Part shown: positions 33,067-42,232 of the stretch, in pieces | How the letters are laid out: each line of letters opens with the position of its first letter | How positions within the stretch are numbered: the first letter of the stretch is position 1 | Source: Acidiphilium sp. | GTDB taxonomy: Bacteria; Pseudomonadota; Alphaproteobacteria; Acetobacterales; Acetobacteraceae | Direction: 5' to 3' | DNA: 64,000 nucleotides | Assembly: GCF_049977125.1 (NCBI RefSeq) | Contig: NZ_JBMFGY010000005.1 | Location: forward strand, 5,965-69,964 | Translations under genes and position numbers: made by a program | Notes under the pieces: model-generated | What the model saw: only the letters and a program-made list of their open reading frames with translations | Told to the model about the DNA's origin: nothing | The model's database searches: none

Positions 33067-35832
33067 ATGTTAAGCGGGCGTTGCATGACATTGCCGCCGC
33101 GCGCCGTCACGAACCGGCATTTGATCCCGATCCTGGCGTTGATCGTCCTGCCCATCGCGGCGAACGGGCTGATGCTTGCCGGTATCACGCATGGCAACCC
33201 TGCGATTTTCGTGATGTTTCTGACCCGAGGATTGGTTGGCGGGTGGCTGCCGGGCGCGCCGGGTTGGCGCGATCCGACGATCGGGTTGATCACCCAGCCC
33301 CTTGGGATGTTGAGTGCGCGCGATTGGTTGCACGGCATTGTTCCCTGGTGGAACCCGTATTCCGGCGTCGGCATGCCGCTGGCGGCGGAAATGCAGACGA
33401 TGTCATTTTTTTTGCCGTTCGTGCTGCTGCTGAAATTCTGGGGCGGCTGGCTGGCGTTGAAACTCATCATCCAGATCCTGTGTGGATTGTTCACCTATGC
33501 GCTGCTGATCGAGTTACGCCTGACCCGGCTGGCCGCTGGGCTGGGAGCGCTGTTCTTTGCGCTTTCACCGACGATTTATCTGGTGCCGCATGTAATGGGG
33601 CCGCTGCCGTTCGCACCGCTGCTACTACTCGGCATCGAACGCGCCGATCGGGCCGCGCGCGACAGCAGGGGGCTGGGCTTCGGTTTGATTCCGGTGGCGC
33701 TGGCGTATTCGATTTATGGCGGCTACCCCGAAGTTGCTTATGCCGACGCAACGCTGGCGGCGGTATGGACGATCTGGCGCTTCGCCGGCGCGGGCGCCGC
33801 ACGGTGGCGATTCGCCCGCAAGATTGTTCTGGGCTGCGGCATCGGGCTGGTGATGAGCCTGCCGCTGGTGGTGCCGTTTTTCCAGTATGTCCGTCTGTCC
33901 TACCTTGGGCAGCACGCTGATTTATATAGCTGGATCTGGTTGTTGCCGCCCGGCGCACCGTTGCAATTGTTTCCGTTCATTTACGGGCCGATCGGCGCGC
34001 TGACGCCTCCGGGCGTGTCACCGGTATTGTCCAATCTGATCACGGCGAGTTGGAACCAGCTCGGTGGCTGGTTCGGGCCGCTGGCGGCGCTGCTGGGTCT
34101 GGCCGCGATTATCCGGCCGGGGCGGCTGCGTGGACTGGGCTTCGTGCTGACCGGATTTATTCTGGTCTGGCAGTTGCGCATCTGGGGATTTCCTCCGGCG
34201 GTCTGGCTGATCGACCGGATTCCGTTGATGGCGCGCACCAATGCGATCAGGTTCAGCGGTCCGGCAATGGAACTCGCCTGTTTCATCCTGCTCGCGATCA
34301 CCGTCGATCGCTGGCAGACCGGTGGAGCGTTCGATCGCCGCGCCGTTTGGTGCCTGAGTACGCTCGGTGCCGCGATCGGTCTGTTCGCGGTGCTGCCAGC
34401 GCTGCGCAGTCTGATTGACTGGTTCGCGCCCGGTACCGCGATGCTGGGATTTGCGCTGGGGGCCACGGGTATCGAACTCGCTCTTGCGGTTGCGGCGGTG
34501 ACGCTGTTGACCCGTCCACCGGGTCGAGCGACGACGCTCGCGCTTACGCTCGTCGTCGGGACGGAGTGTTTCGCGACCGCAGCACTCAGCCAGTTCGCGG
34601 CGCCTCGTCATGGCACGATCGACCTTAGCGGTGTTGCGTATTTGCAACGTCATCTGAGGCTGGCGCGGCTTTATTCATTGCAGCCGTTCGGGCCGAATTA
34701 TCCGGCGGCGTTCGGGCTGGCGGCGATCGATGAAAATGAATTACCGGTGCCCGCAGCATGGAACGACTACATCCATCGCCATCTCGACCCCTATGCCGAT
34801 GTGGTGATGTTCACCGGCTCTCAGGCACGCAGCATAGGTTGCACCCTGCTGCCGCGCGCGGCGGCGGCGTTGCGCGATGGCGTGTTCATCCGTCCACAAC
34901 GCTCGGTGACGCCGCCCGATCAGAGTGCCGAATTGCGGCGCCATCTCGCGGCATACGGCGCGATTGGGGTGAAATACGTGCTGACGCCACCGGATCAGAA
35001 TCCGTTCGTCACCCACGCGGATCTGCCGGTGACCTCGGCCGGGCAGGTGCCATTTGCCCTGCCTGCGGGCGGTGTGCTGAGCGGCGACATTCCGGCCGGC
35101 ACGATCTCCTTGCGCCATGTCGATCGGGTGGATGTGTTGATCGGCACCTATGACGGCGCGGCCCGCGGCGCACTGAGTGTGCAACTGTGTACTCGCAAAA
35201 TATGCGCCACGGGCCATGCCGAACTTGCAACAGCACAGGATGATCATTTTCTGGCAATCAAGCTCGATCACCGCCTGGATGTGCCGGTCGATGCCGGATT
35301 GCGCTACCGGTTCACCCATCGGCACGGGGCGGCGGTGGCGATCTGGCTGGGCAGCTTTCGGATCGATGCGCCGCCGGCGCTGGCGGTGGGCGGCATCGCG
35401 CCGCCGCACGCACCGCTGCTCCGGCTGATCGACACACCGCGCGATGCACCACCGCTGGTGTTTGCCAACCAGGTCATGCGGATCTACCGGCTGGATCGGC
35501 CGCGCGAATTTTTTACCACCGTTCCGGCTTGCCACCTGACCCGCCTCGCGATCGATGCGGTGGATGCCGACTGCCCGGCACCGGCGCGGCTGCTGCGGCT
35601 TGAAGCCTATTATCCGGGATGGCACGCGCGCATCGCTGGGCGAGCCGTGCCGATCGAGCGGACAGAATCGATCTTTCAGTCCGTGGCATTGCCCGCGGGG
35701 CGCAGCAAGGTGCGGTTTTTCTATCGCCCACCGTTCATTCGGATAAGTTGCGCTATGGCTCTGGCAGGACTCGCAATGTGGCTCGGCCTGATGCTCGCAT
35801 CGGTTCTGCGGGCGCGCCGCGCCCGACGGTGA
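33067..35832 (+). CDS. Large polytopic membrane protein, YfhO-like / GT-C-fold putative glycosyltransferase
   Basis: 921 aa. The N-terminal ~480 aa has many TM helices, followed by a ~400-aa soluble region and one terminal TM helix (AMALAGLAMWLGLMLASVL). This architecture resembles the YfhO family. Family assignment is by architecture only. The ATG at 33085 is an alternative start. Confidence 0.55.
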   Translation: MLSGRCMTLPPRAVTNRHLIPILALIVLPIAANGLMLAGITHGNPAIFVMFLTRGLVGGWLPGAPGWRDPTIGLITQPLGMLSARDWLHGIVPWWNPYSGVGMPLAAEMQTMSFFLPFVLLLKFWGGWLALKLIIQILCGLFTYALLIELRLTRLAAGLGALFFALSPTIYLVPHVMGPLPFAPLLLLGIERADRAARDSRGLGFGLIPVALAYSIYGGYPEVAYADATLAAVWTIWRFAGAGAARWRFARKIVLGCGIGLVMSLPLVVPFFQYVRLSYLGQHADLYSWIWLLPPGAPLQLFPFIYGPIGALTPPGVSPVLSNLITASWNQLGGWFGPLAALLGLAAIIRPGRLRGLGFVLTGFILVWQLRIWGFPPAVWLIDRIPLMARTNAIRFSGPAMELACFILLAITVDRWQTGGAFDRRAVWCLSTLGAAIGLFAVLPALRSLIDWFAPGTAMLGFALGATGIELALAVAAVTLLTRPPGRATTLALTLVVGTECFATAALSQFAAPRHGTIDLSGVAYLQRHLRLARLYSLQPFGPNYPAAFGLAAIDENELPVPAAWNDYIHRHLDPYADVVMFTGSQARSIGCTLLPRAAAALRDGVFIRPQRSVTPPDQSAELRRHLAAYGAIGVKYVLTPPDQNPFVTHADLPVTSAGQVPFALPAGGVLSGDIPAGTISLRHVDRVDVLIGTYDGAARGALSVQLCTRKICATGHAELATAQDDHFLAIKLDHRLDVPVDAGLRYRFTHRHGAAVAIWLGSFRIDAPPALAVGGIAPPHAPLLRLIDTPRDAPPLVFANQVMRIYRLDRPREFFTTVPACHLTRLAIDAVDADCPAPARLLRLEAYYPGWHARIAGRAVPIERTESIFQSVALPAGRSKVRFFYRPPFIRISCAMALAGLAMWLGLMLASVLRARRARR

Positions 35833-38209
35833 AGCTGGTGACGGTTCGACCCGTTTCGAACAAATCGAGGATTTTGTCCGCGCGCACCGGCGGCGAAAAC
35901 AGATAACCCTGCCCGTCGTTGCAGCCATAGCTTTTCAGCACCGCGGCGTGACGTTCGGTTTCGATGCCCTCGGCCGTTACGCGCAGACCCAGCGTATGGC
36001 TGAGTTCGATGATCGCCTTGACGATCGGCGCATCGTTTTCGTTGCATGCGAGATCGTTGATGAAACTGCGGTCGATTTTCAGACGGTCGAACGGAAAGCG
36101 GCGCAACGTCGCGAGGGAGGAATAGCCAGTGCCAAAATCGTCGATTGCGATGCGGCACCCAAGGGCGCGCAGCCCGTGCAGATGTTCGATTGTGCGCCCT
36201 TCGGTTTCGAGCACGGCGGATTCGGTGACTTCGAATTCGATCCGAGCGGGGGTGACGCCGGCCGCCTCGATGATTGCGTGGAGTTGGTCGACCAGCCAGG
36301 CCTCGCGCAGGTGCAGCGGCGAGAGATTGACCGCGACAGTGATGGCCGGAGGCAGCTTGGCCGCGAGCGCGGTGGCCTCGGCCAGCACGAAGGCCGTGAC
36401 GGTGCTGATCAGCCCGCTGCGTTCAGCGATTTCGATGAAATCACCGGGTGGGATAATGCCGCGTTCCGGATGGCGCCAGCGCACCAGGGCTTCAAGACCG
36501 ACAATGCTGCTCGAGGCAAGGGCGATAACCGGTTGGAATTCGACGAACAACTGATCGTCACGCAAGGCGCGTTTCATGTCGCGCTGGAGGCCGCGCCGAT
36601 CCTGTAAATGGCGGTCCATCGTGCGATCGAACAGCCGCCAGGTGCCGCGACCGGAATCTTTCGCACGATACAGGGCGAGATCGGCGTTTTTATACAGATC
36701 CTCGGCTGTGGTACCGTCCCGTGGGGCGAGTGCGATGCCGATGCTGACACCGATTTCGACGGTAACCCCATCGAATTTATAAGGGCGGGCCACACGGTCG
36801 ATGACCCGTTCGGCCACAGATGTCGCTTCGAACTCATCATCCGACGGCAGGACAATGGAAAATTCATCCCCTCCGAGACGAGCGGCGACGTCGCGATCGC
36901 GGATCGCGCCGCGAATCCGGTGCGCCACCGCGCGCAGGACCGAATCACCCATCCCATGGCCATAGGAATCATTGACCGCCTTGAACTGATCAAGATCAAG
37001 ACAGAGCAGCGCCGCCCCCGGCTGACGATCATCGCTGAGCCACTGGCTCAGGGTATTGTTGAATTCGGTACGATTGGCGAGGTCGGTCAAGGAATCGTGG
37101 CGGGCCAGATGGGCGATGCGCTCGCGCGAGCGGTGCATGGCGGTGACATCGGACCCGACGCCACGATACCCGATGAAATTGCCGCGGCGATCCTCGATCG
37201 GTTTGCCGGTCATCGACCACCAGCGTCGTTCACTGCCCATGCTGACCGGGACCACCAGATCGCGGAATGGCTTGCGTGCAGCCATCTGCCGACGCATCGC
37301 CTCGAAGGCGTCTCCCGCTGCCACCGAGGGTCGGCGCAGGGTCTCGTCGGCGCCGGCCATGAAGGTGAACAGATCACCGCCGATCGCCTCCACGGGCCGT
37401 CGTGCCACTTCGGCGAAACGGGCCGATACCTGTTTGATCTGACCCGAAGCATCGGTTTCCCACAACCAGTCGCTGGCATTTTCCTCGAAATCGCGCAGCA
37501 GGATGCGGATGGTTTCAGTGGTTTGAGCGAGGCGAATGGAGCCGATGTTGCGTTCAAACAATCGTCGATTGACATAGAATATCGATGAAATCGCCAAAAA
37601 ACTGTAGCCTAGAAAGCAGACAACAATGGGCCAGACTTCGAACTTGTAGTTCAAAACGATAATCACGACGGTACCCGTGATGATCGGCATAACGAATAAC
37701 AGTGATGACAGGATTGGTCCTGCCGTTGTCGCCGTTGAAATGAGGCCGATCACAACACCGAACAATAATCCGCTTTGGAGTTTATCCGCAAACGACATCA
37801 ATCTGTCGATATAGATAATCCAGTCACTACCAATCAAAAATATCAATATGTTATATATATTTTTAAAGCGACCTGATTCAATCGAAAAGAATTTCATATA
37901 TTGATATGTTCGACAGAACGTTGATAGTAACGTGTATAATAATATTAGTGAAATAAAAAGCGCATTTGCAAAAGCGTTATATCGGTTATTTTGAAATTCA
38001 AAATAAATTGCAACCGTGATTATGATTCCGATTAGCGCGGAAGTCGCGCTGAGTTTCGCCCGAACGATAAACTGATCGTTTTCAACTTGCCGAACAAGAT
38101 CCTCCGACTCCCGGGCGTTGGCGTTCCCGGTCTCCAACAGCATTCTCAGTCGCTGAGCAAACGGCATCGTCATCGCACGAGCGTGATAGCGAGGGCGACA
38201 ATTTGACAC
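35753..38209 (-). CDS. Membrane-bound PAS-GGDEF-EAL protein (c-di-GMP synthase/phosphodiesterase)
   Basis: 818 aa. About 6 TM helices at the N-terminus are encoded by AT-rich DNA. A PAS-like segment follows (DWLWETDASGQIKQV). It has an intact GGDEF (RLGGDEFSIV) and an intact EAL (VGLEALVRW ... GYLFSPP). The start is uncertain: GTG 38209, ATG 38173 or ATG 38167. Confidence 0.85.
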   Translation of the reverse strand: MSNCRPRYHARAMTMPFAQRLRMLLETGNANARESEDLVRQVENDQFIVRAKLSATSALIGIIITVAIYFEFQNNRYNAFANALFISLILLYTLLSTFCRTYQYMKFFSIESGRFKNIYNILIFLIGSDWIIYIDRLMSFADKLQSGLLFGVVIGLISTATTAGPILSSLLFVMPIITGTVVIIVLNYKFEVWPIVVCFLGYSFLAISSIFYVNRRLFERNIGSIRLAQTTETIRILLRDFEENASDWLWETDASGQIKQVSARFAEVARRPVEAIGGDLFTFMAGADETLRRPSVAAGDAFEAMRRQMAARKPFRDLVVPVSMGSERRWWSMTGKPIEDRRGNFIGYRGVGSDVTAMHRSRERIAHLARHDSLTDLANRTEFNNTLSQWLSDDRQPGAALLCLDLDQFKAVNDSYGHGMGDSVLRAVAHRIRGAIRDRDVAARLGGDEFSIVLPSDDEFEATSVAERVIDRVARPYKFDGVTVEIGVSIGIALAPRDGTTAEDLYKNADLALYRAKDSGRGTWRLFDRTMDRHLQDRRGLQRDMKRALRDDQLFVEFQPVIALASSSIVGLEALVRWRHPERGIIPPGDFIEIAERSGLISTVTAFVLAEATALAAKLPPAITVAVNLSPLHLREAWLVDQLHAIIEAAGVTPARIEFEVTESAVLETEGRTIEHLHGLRALGCRIAIDDFGTGYSSLATLRRFPFDRLKIDRSFINDLACNENDAPIVKAIIELSHTLGLRVTAEGIETERHAAVLKSYGCNDGQGYLFSPPVRADKILDLFETGRTVTSFTVGRGAPAEPMRASGRATLRVLPEP

Positions 38210-38318
38210 TCCTCAAAGTTGTGATTCGGCAACGTTAAATTTATTGAAAACGTCGTGGCCTTTACATCTTCTGTTAAGTATTTTGTCATGAGGTACAACC
38301 GAAGATAAAGGAGTTACC

Positions 38319-39137
38319 GTGGTGAATGATCCTGGAGTGGCAACGACTCATATAAATCGCCTTAGCAATGAGTCCCTCGAAGGCAGCATCGCCGAACAGT
38401 TGTTCGCAAAAATTGTAACAGATGCGCAGGATTTCGAAGTAGCCTTCGCACTGCGATACCGGGCGTATTTCAATGCGGGTTATCTCAAAAACATCGACCA
38501 TCATAGTTTTTCTGACATATACGATGATCGTCCATCAAGCAAAACAATCCTGATCTATCGCGGCGAACAAGCGGTGGGGTCGATCCGGGTCTGCGTGTTG
38601 GATCGCGCCAAGCCGGACGCGATCGATCTGCCCGCATCCAGGATGTTTCACGAAGAAATTGACAATCTCTTAACCGTGCCACCGCATTCTACGGCGCCTC
38701 GCAGGGCTGTCGAGATCACCCGCTTGGCGCGCGACCCGGAACGCCTGGATGATCGGCGCGTGCTATGGGCGATGTTTCGAATGGTTGGGTATCTGATCAT
38801 CGCCAACAATGCGGACATCGTGTTCGTGGCTGTCACAAAAAATCACATGCCGCTCTACCGCCGAATGGGATATCAGATCGTCGCGGCGCCTAAAGCCTAT
38901 CCTGGTTTGGATGTCGAAACCGGTCTGATGGCTTGTTTTCGCGATGATTTCACAAGCGTACAGCGGCAGGTTGCCATATTGGGCAGTGTGTCCCGATCGA
39001 GTTTGATCTATGCGGATTTCATTGGCGGCAACAAAGTACCCGTGTTTGAGGACGCCGTAACCGACGTCTCCAGCCGATTGATCAGCAACCGTACCGACGC
39101 GCGGGGCACTGAAACCGGTGTTCGAAAAATCGCCTGA
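38319..39137 (+). CDS. GNAT-fold N-acyltransferase, N-acyl amino acid synthase (FeeM)/LuxI-like
   Basis: 272 aa. The GTG start has an AAGGAG SD 8 nt upstream. It has an N-terminal FALRYRAYF..GY motif, then D.YD and G..VGS.RV, then an EITRLA core. This pattern is shared by LuxI, FeeM and OlsB-type acyl-ACP/CoA-dependent N-acyltransferases. The family call is by motif only. Confidence 0.5.
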   Translation: MVNDPGVATTHINRLSNESLEGSIAEQLFAKIVTDAQDFEVAFALRYRAYFNAGYLKNIDHHSFSDIYDDRPSSKTILIYRGEQAVGSIRVCVLDRAKPDAIDLPASRMFHEEIDNLLTVPPHSTAPRRAVEITRLARDPERLDDRRVLWAMFRMVGYLIIANNADIVFVAVTKNHMPLYRRMGYQIVAAPKAYPGLDVETGLMACFRDDFTSVQRQVAILGSVSRSSLIYADFIGGNKVPVFEDAVTDVSSRLISNRTDARGTETGVRKIA

Positions 39138-39216
39138 GGGGCGCGCCCACGCATCAGGCGAATGTAACGAATCTATTCATCTAACAAAAATCGGGGAACC
39201 GCCAAGACTCAATTCC

Positions 39217-39239
39217 GACTGAACCCCGCCGGTTCAGTC
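39217..39239. terminator. Hairpin between convergent genes (possible bidirectional terminator)
   Basis: GACTGAACC-ccgcc-GGTTCAGTC is a perfect 9-bp stem. It lies 17 nt past the gcdH stop and 80 nt past the acyltransferase stop. No U-tract. Confidence 0.35.
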
Positions 39240-39255
39240 AGATCGAAGGCTGTAG

Positions 39256-40482
39256 CTAGAAGGCAGAGAGACCGGTCTGCGCCCGCCCCAGAATAAGGGC
39301 ATGCACATCGTGCGCGCCTTCATACGTATTCACGGTTTCAAGGTTCAACAGATGACGGATGACATGGTATTCATCGACGATCCCGTTGCCGCCGTGCATG
39401 TCGCGCGACAGGCGGGCGATGTCGAGTGCCTTGCCGCAATTGTTGCGCTTCAACAGCGAAATCATTTCTGGCGCCGCTTCGCCGGCATCAAGCAGGCGAC
39501 CGAGGCGGAGTACGGCTTGCAGCCCGAGGGTGATTTCAGTCTGCATATCGGCCAGTTTTTTCTGAACCAATTGTGTGCCGGCGAGCGGACGGCCGAACAT
39601 CTGACGATCCAGCGTGTACTGCCGGGCGGCATGCCAGCAAAACTCGGCGGCACCGAGCGCACCCCAGGCGATGCCATAGCGCGCGTTGTTGAGGCAGGAA
39701 AATGGTCCCCGCAGTCCCTTCACGCCGGGCAGCATATGATCGTCCGGCACGAACACGTCGGACAGCATGATCATGCCGGTAATCGAGGCACGGAGCGAAA
39801 ACTTGCCCTCGATTTTCGGGGTCTCAAAGCCTTTGCTCGCACGATCAACCAGAAAGCCGCGGATAACGTCGGCATCGTCCTTGGCCCAGATCAGCGCCAT
39901 GTCCGCGATCGGCGCGTTGCTGATCCAGGTTTTGGAGCCGTTCAGCAGATAGCCGCCGTCAACCTTCCGTGCGCGCGTCCGCATTGATCCGGGGTCCGAC
40001 CCGGCGTCCGGCTCGGTCAGGCCGAAGCAGCCGACCCAGTCACCGCTACGCAGTTTGGGCAGGTATTTATCCTGCTGCGCCGGCGATCCGAAGGCGGCGA
40101 TCGGGTACATCACCAATGAGGATTGCACGGAGAACACCGAGCGATAGCCGCTATCAACCCGTTCCAGTTCGCGCGCGATCAAACCGTAGGCGACGTAGGA
40201 GACATCGGCGCAACCGTGGCTGGCGAGCGTCGCGCCCAGAAACCCCATCGCGCCCATTTCGGAAACGATGGCACGATCGAAGGTTTCGGTGCGAAAGGCG
40301 TGCAGCACGCGGGGGAGCAGCTTCTCCTGGGCGTAATCATGGGCGGCGTCGCGGATGGCGCGCTCGTCCTCGCTCAATTGTGGTTCAAGGTGCAGCGGAT
40401 CGGCCCAGTCGAAGGGGATGAATCCCCCTTTCTTCGGAGCGGTTGCGGGTCCGGGAGCGATCACCTTGAGCATTTCATTCAC
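39256..40482 (-). CDS. gcdH: Glutaryl-CoA dehydrogenase
   Basis: 408-aa acyl-CoA dehydrogenase fold ([12 protein letters not shown]) with a C-terminal ...[23 protein letters not shown] typical of GCDH. Confidence 0.82.
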   Translation of the reverse strand: MNEMLKVIAPGPATAPKKGGFIPFDWADPLHLEPQLSEDERAIRDAAHDYAQEKLLPRVLHAFRTETFDRAIVSEMGAMGFLGATLASHGCADVSYVAYGLIARELERVDSGYRSVFSVQSSLVMYPIAAFGSPAQQDKYLPKLRSGDWVGCFGLTEPDAGSDPGSMRTRARKVDGGYLLNGSKTWISNAPIADMALIWAKDDADVIRGFLVDRASKGFETPKIEGKFSLRASITGMIMLSDVFVPDDHMLPGVKGLRGPFSCLNNARYGIAWGALGAAEFCWHAARQYTLDRQMFGRPLAGTQLVQKKLADMQTEITLGLQAVLRLGRLLDAGEAAPEMISLLKRNNCGKALDIARLSRDMHGGNGIVDEYHVIRHLLNLETVNTYEGAHDVHALILGRAQTGLSAF

Positions 40483-42017
40483 GCCGCAATCTCCGTGTCG
40501 TCGTTATGAGTGTCCTCCCCATCATGGAAGGCCGGTTCCGGCTCCGTTGTACGGCGGCGCCGAGTTATGTGCATGAAGGCGGGAACATCCTCGCCGAATC
40601 CGACCACGATGCTCCGATCCTCGACGATATCGCTGTCGCGGCGGGCAGGTCGCGGCGCGTCGCGCCGGGGTGCGGCACGAGGCGGGAGGCGGGATGATTT
40701 TCGATCGTCTCCTCGAGCGGCCTCGACCGGGGTTTCGCGGCGTGGCGGCGTGGTGATTTCGACCGCGGGCGCATCGGCGCGGGCCATTGATTTTGACCGC
40801 GCTGCGGGAGCGGATGTGCGGCCGCGGCTCCGACCCCGTTTTTCACTTACCGCCCATTCGACCGGATCAAGCCCCTCGACCGCGAGGGGTGGAATGGCAT
40901 GGCCGGTCAATTTCTCGATCGCCTCAACCGCTAGACGGTCATCCGGCGTTGCGAGGGTGAGCGCACGGCCTTCAAGCCCGGCGCGGCCGGTGCGACCGAT
41001 CCGATGGACGTAATCTTCCGCGTGATGCGGCACGTCGAAATTGAAGACATGCGATAGCCCACCGATGTCGATGCCGCGCGCCGCGACATCCGAACAGACG
41101 AGCAAACGGATCGTGCCGGCCTTGAACGCCTCCAGGGTTGCAAAGCGCGCCGATTGCGGCATGTCGCCATGTAGCATTCCGGTCGAAAAACCGTGCCTGG
41201 ACAGGGATTTATAGAGGATATCGACGTCTCGCTTGCGGTTGCAGAACACTAGGGCATTCTGCACGTCCTCTGTGCGCACCAGGCGGCGCAGCGCCTCGCG
41301 CTTATCATGGGTGGCGACCAGAAACAGTCCTTCGGTAATGGTGGTTGCGACCGAGGCTGGTTTGGAGACGCTGATTTCCTTGGGATTCCAGAGAAACGCA
41401 TCGGCGAGGCGCTTGATCTCCGGCGCCATGGTCGCTGAGAAAAACAGGGTTTGCCGCGGCTTCGGCAACATGGCGACGATCCGCTCGACATCTGGAATGA
41501 AGCCCATGTCCAACATGCGGTCGGCCTCGTCGATCACCAGCACCCGCACATCCGAGAGCAGCAGACCGCCACGCTCGAAAATATCGATCAGCCTTCCCGG
41601 CGTCGCGATCAGGACATCGACGCCGCGGGTCAGCACATCGCGCTGCTCGCCCATGCTCTCGCCGCCGATCAGCAGCGCGTGGGTGAGTTTGAGATGCTTG
41701 CCATACTGCACGAAATTTTCCGCGACCTGCAGGGCGAGTTCACGAGTCGGCTCCAGGATCAGCGAGCGGGGCATCCTGGCGCGGGCGCGTGAACCGGACA
41801 GAATATCGAGCATCGGCAGTGTGAAGCTGGCGGTCTTGCCGGTGCCGGTCTGCGCGCAGCCAAGTACATCACGCCCCATCAGTACCATCGGGATGGCCTG
41901 CTCCTGGATCGGTGTCGGCGTGGTGTAGCCTTTTTCGAGCAATGCCCGCAGCACTGGTTCGGACAGACCAAGAGCGGCGAAACCGGTCGCCTCGTTCAGC
42001 GCGTCCGGATCAGTCAT
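40479..42017 (-). CDS. DEAD-box ATP-dependent RNA helicase (RhlE-like) with a basic C-terminal tail
   Basis: Has the Q-motif (GYTTPTPIQ), [16 protein letters not shown] and [11 protein letters not shown] chose the ATG at 42017 ([13 protein letters not shown]...). The ORF-track start at 42110 is a TTG. The stop overlaps the gcdH ATG by 4 nt. Confidence 0.85.
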   Translation of the reverse strand: MTDPDALNEATGFAALGLSEPVLRALLEKGYTTPTPIQEQAIPMVLMGRDVLGCAQTGTGKTASFTLPMLDILSGSRARARMPRSLILEPTRELALQVAENFVQYGKHLKLTHALLIGGESMGEQRDVLTRGVDVLIATPGRLIDIFERGGLLLSDVRVLVIDEADRMLDMGFIPDVERIVAMLPKPRQTLFFSATMAPEIKRLADAFLWNPKEISVSKPASVATTITEGLFLVATHDKREALRRLVRTEDVQNALVFCNRKRDVDILYKSLSRHGFSTGMLHGDMPQSARFATLEAFKAGTIRLLVCSDVAARGIDIGGLSHVFNFDVPHHAEDYVHRIGRTGRAGLEGRALTLATPDDRLAVEAIEKLTGHAIPPLAVEGLDPVEWAVSEKRGRSRGRTSAPAARSKSMARADAPAVEITTPPRRETPVEAARGDDRKSSRLPPRAAPRRDAPRPARRDSDIVEDRSIVVGFGEDVPAFMHITRRRRTTEPEPAFHDGEDTHNDDTEIAA

Positions 42018-42232
42018 GAACGCGGCGCCGATCGGCGCATCCGGCGTTGGGTTTTTCGAAGCGTCAGATGCTTCTGAAGCAGAGGCATCGAAATCCTGAG
42101 TTTCGGGCAAATTGTCGACCAGTTCGGAAAAGAGGGCGTTGACCGGGCTTAATGATACCGGATCAGACGTGAAAATTTTGGCGCGATTTCACGCACCTCA
42201 CCGCGCCTGTATCCTTGGACTCGGCAAAAAAG

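Noticed and set aside
37830-37910. Inverted ATATCAATAT / ATATTGATAT repeat inside the AT-rich part of the GGDEF-EAL gene
   Set aside because: It is a short repeat in very AT-rich coding DNA, so it is likely chance. No flanking structure suggests an element end.
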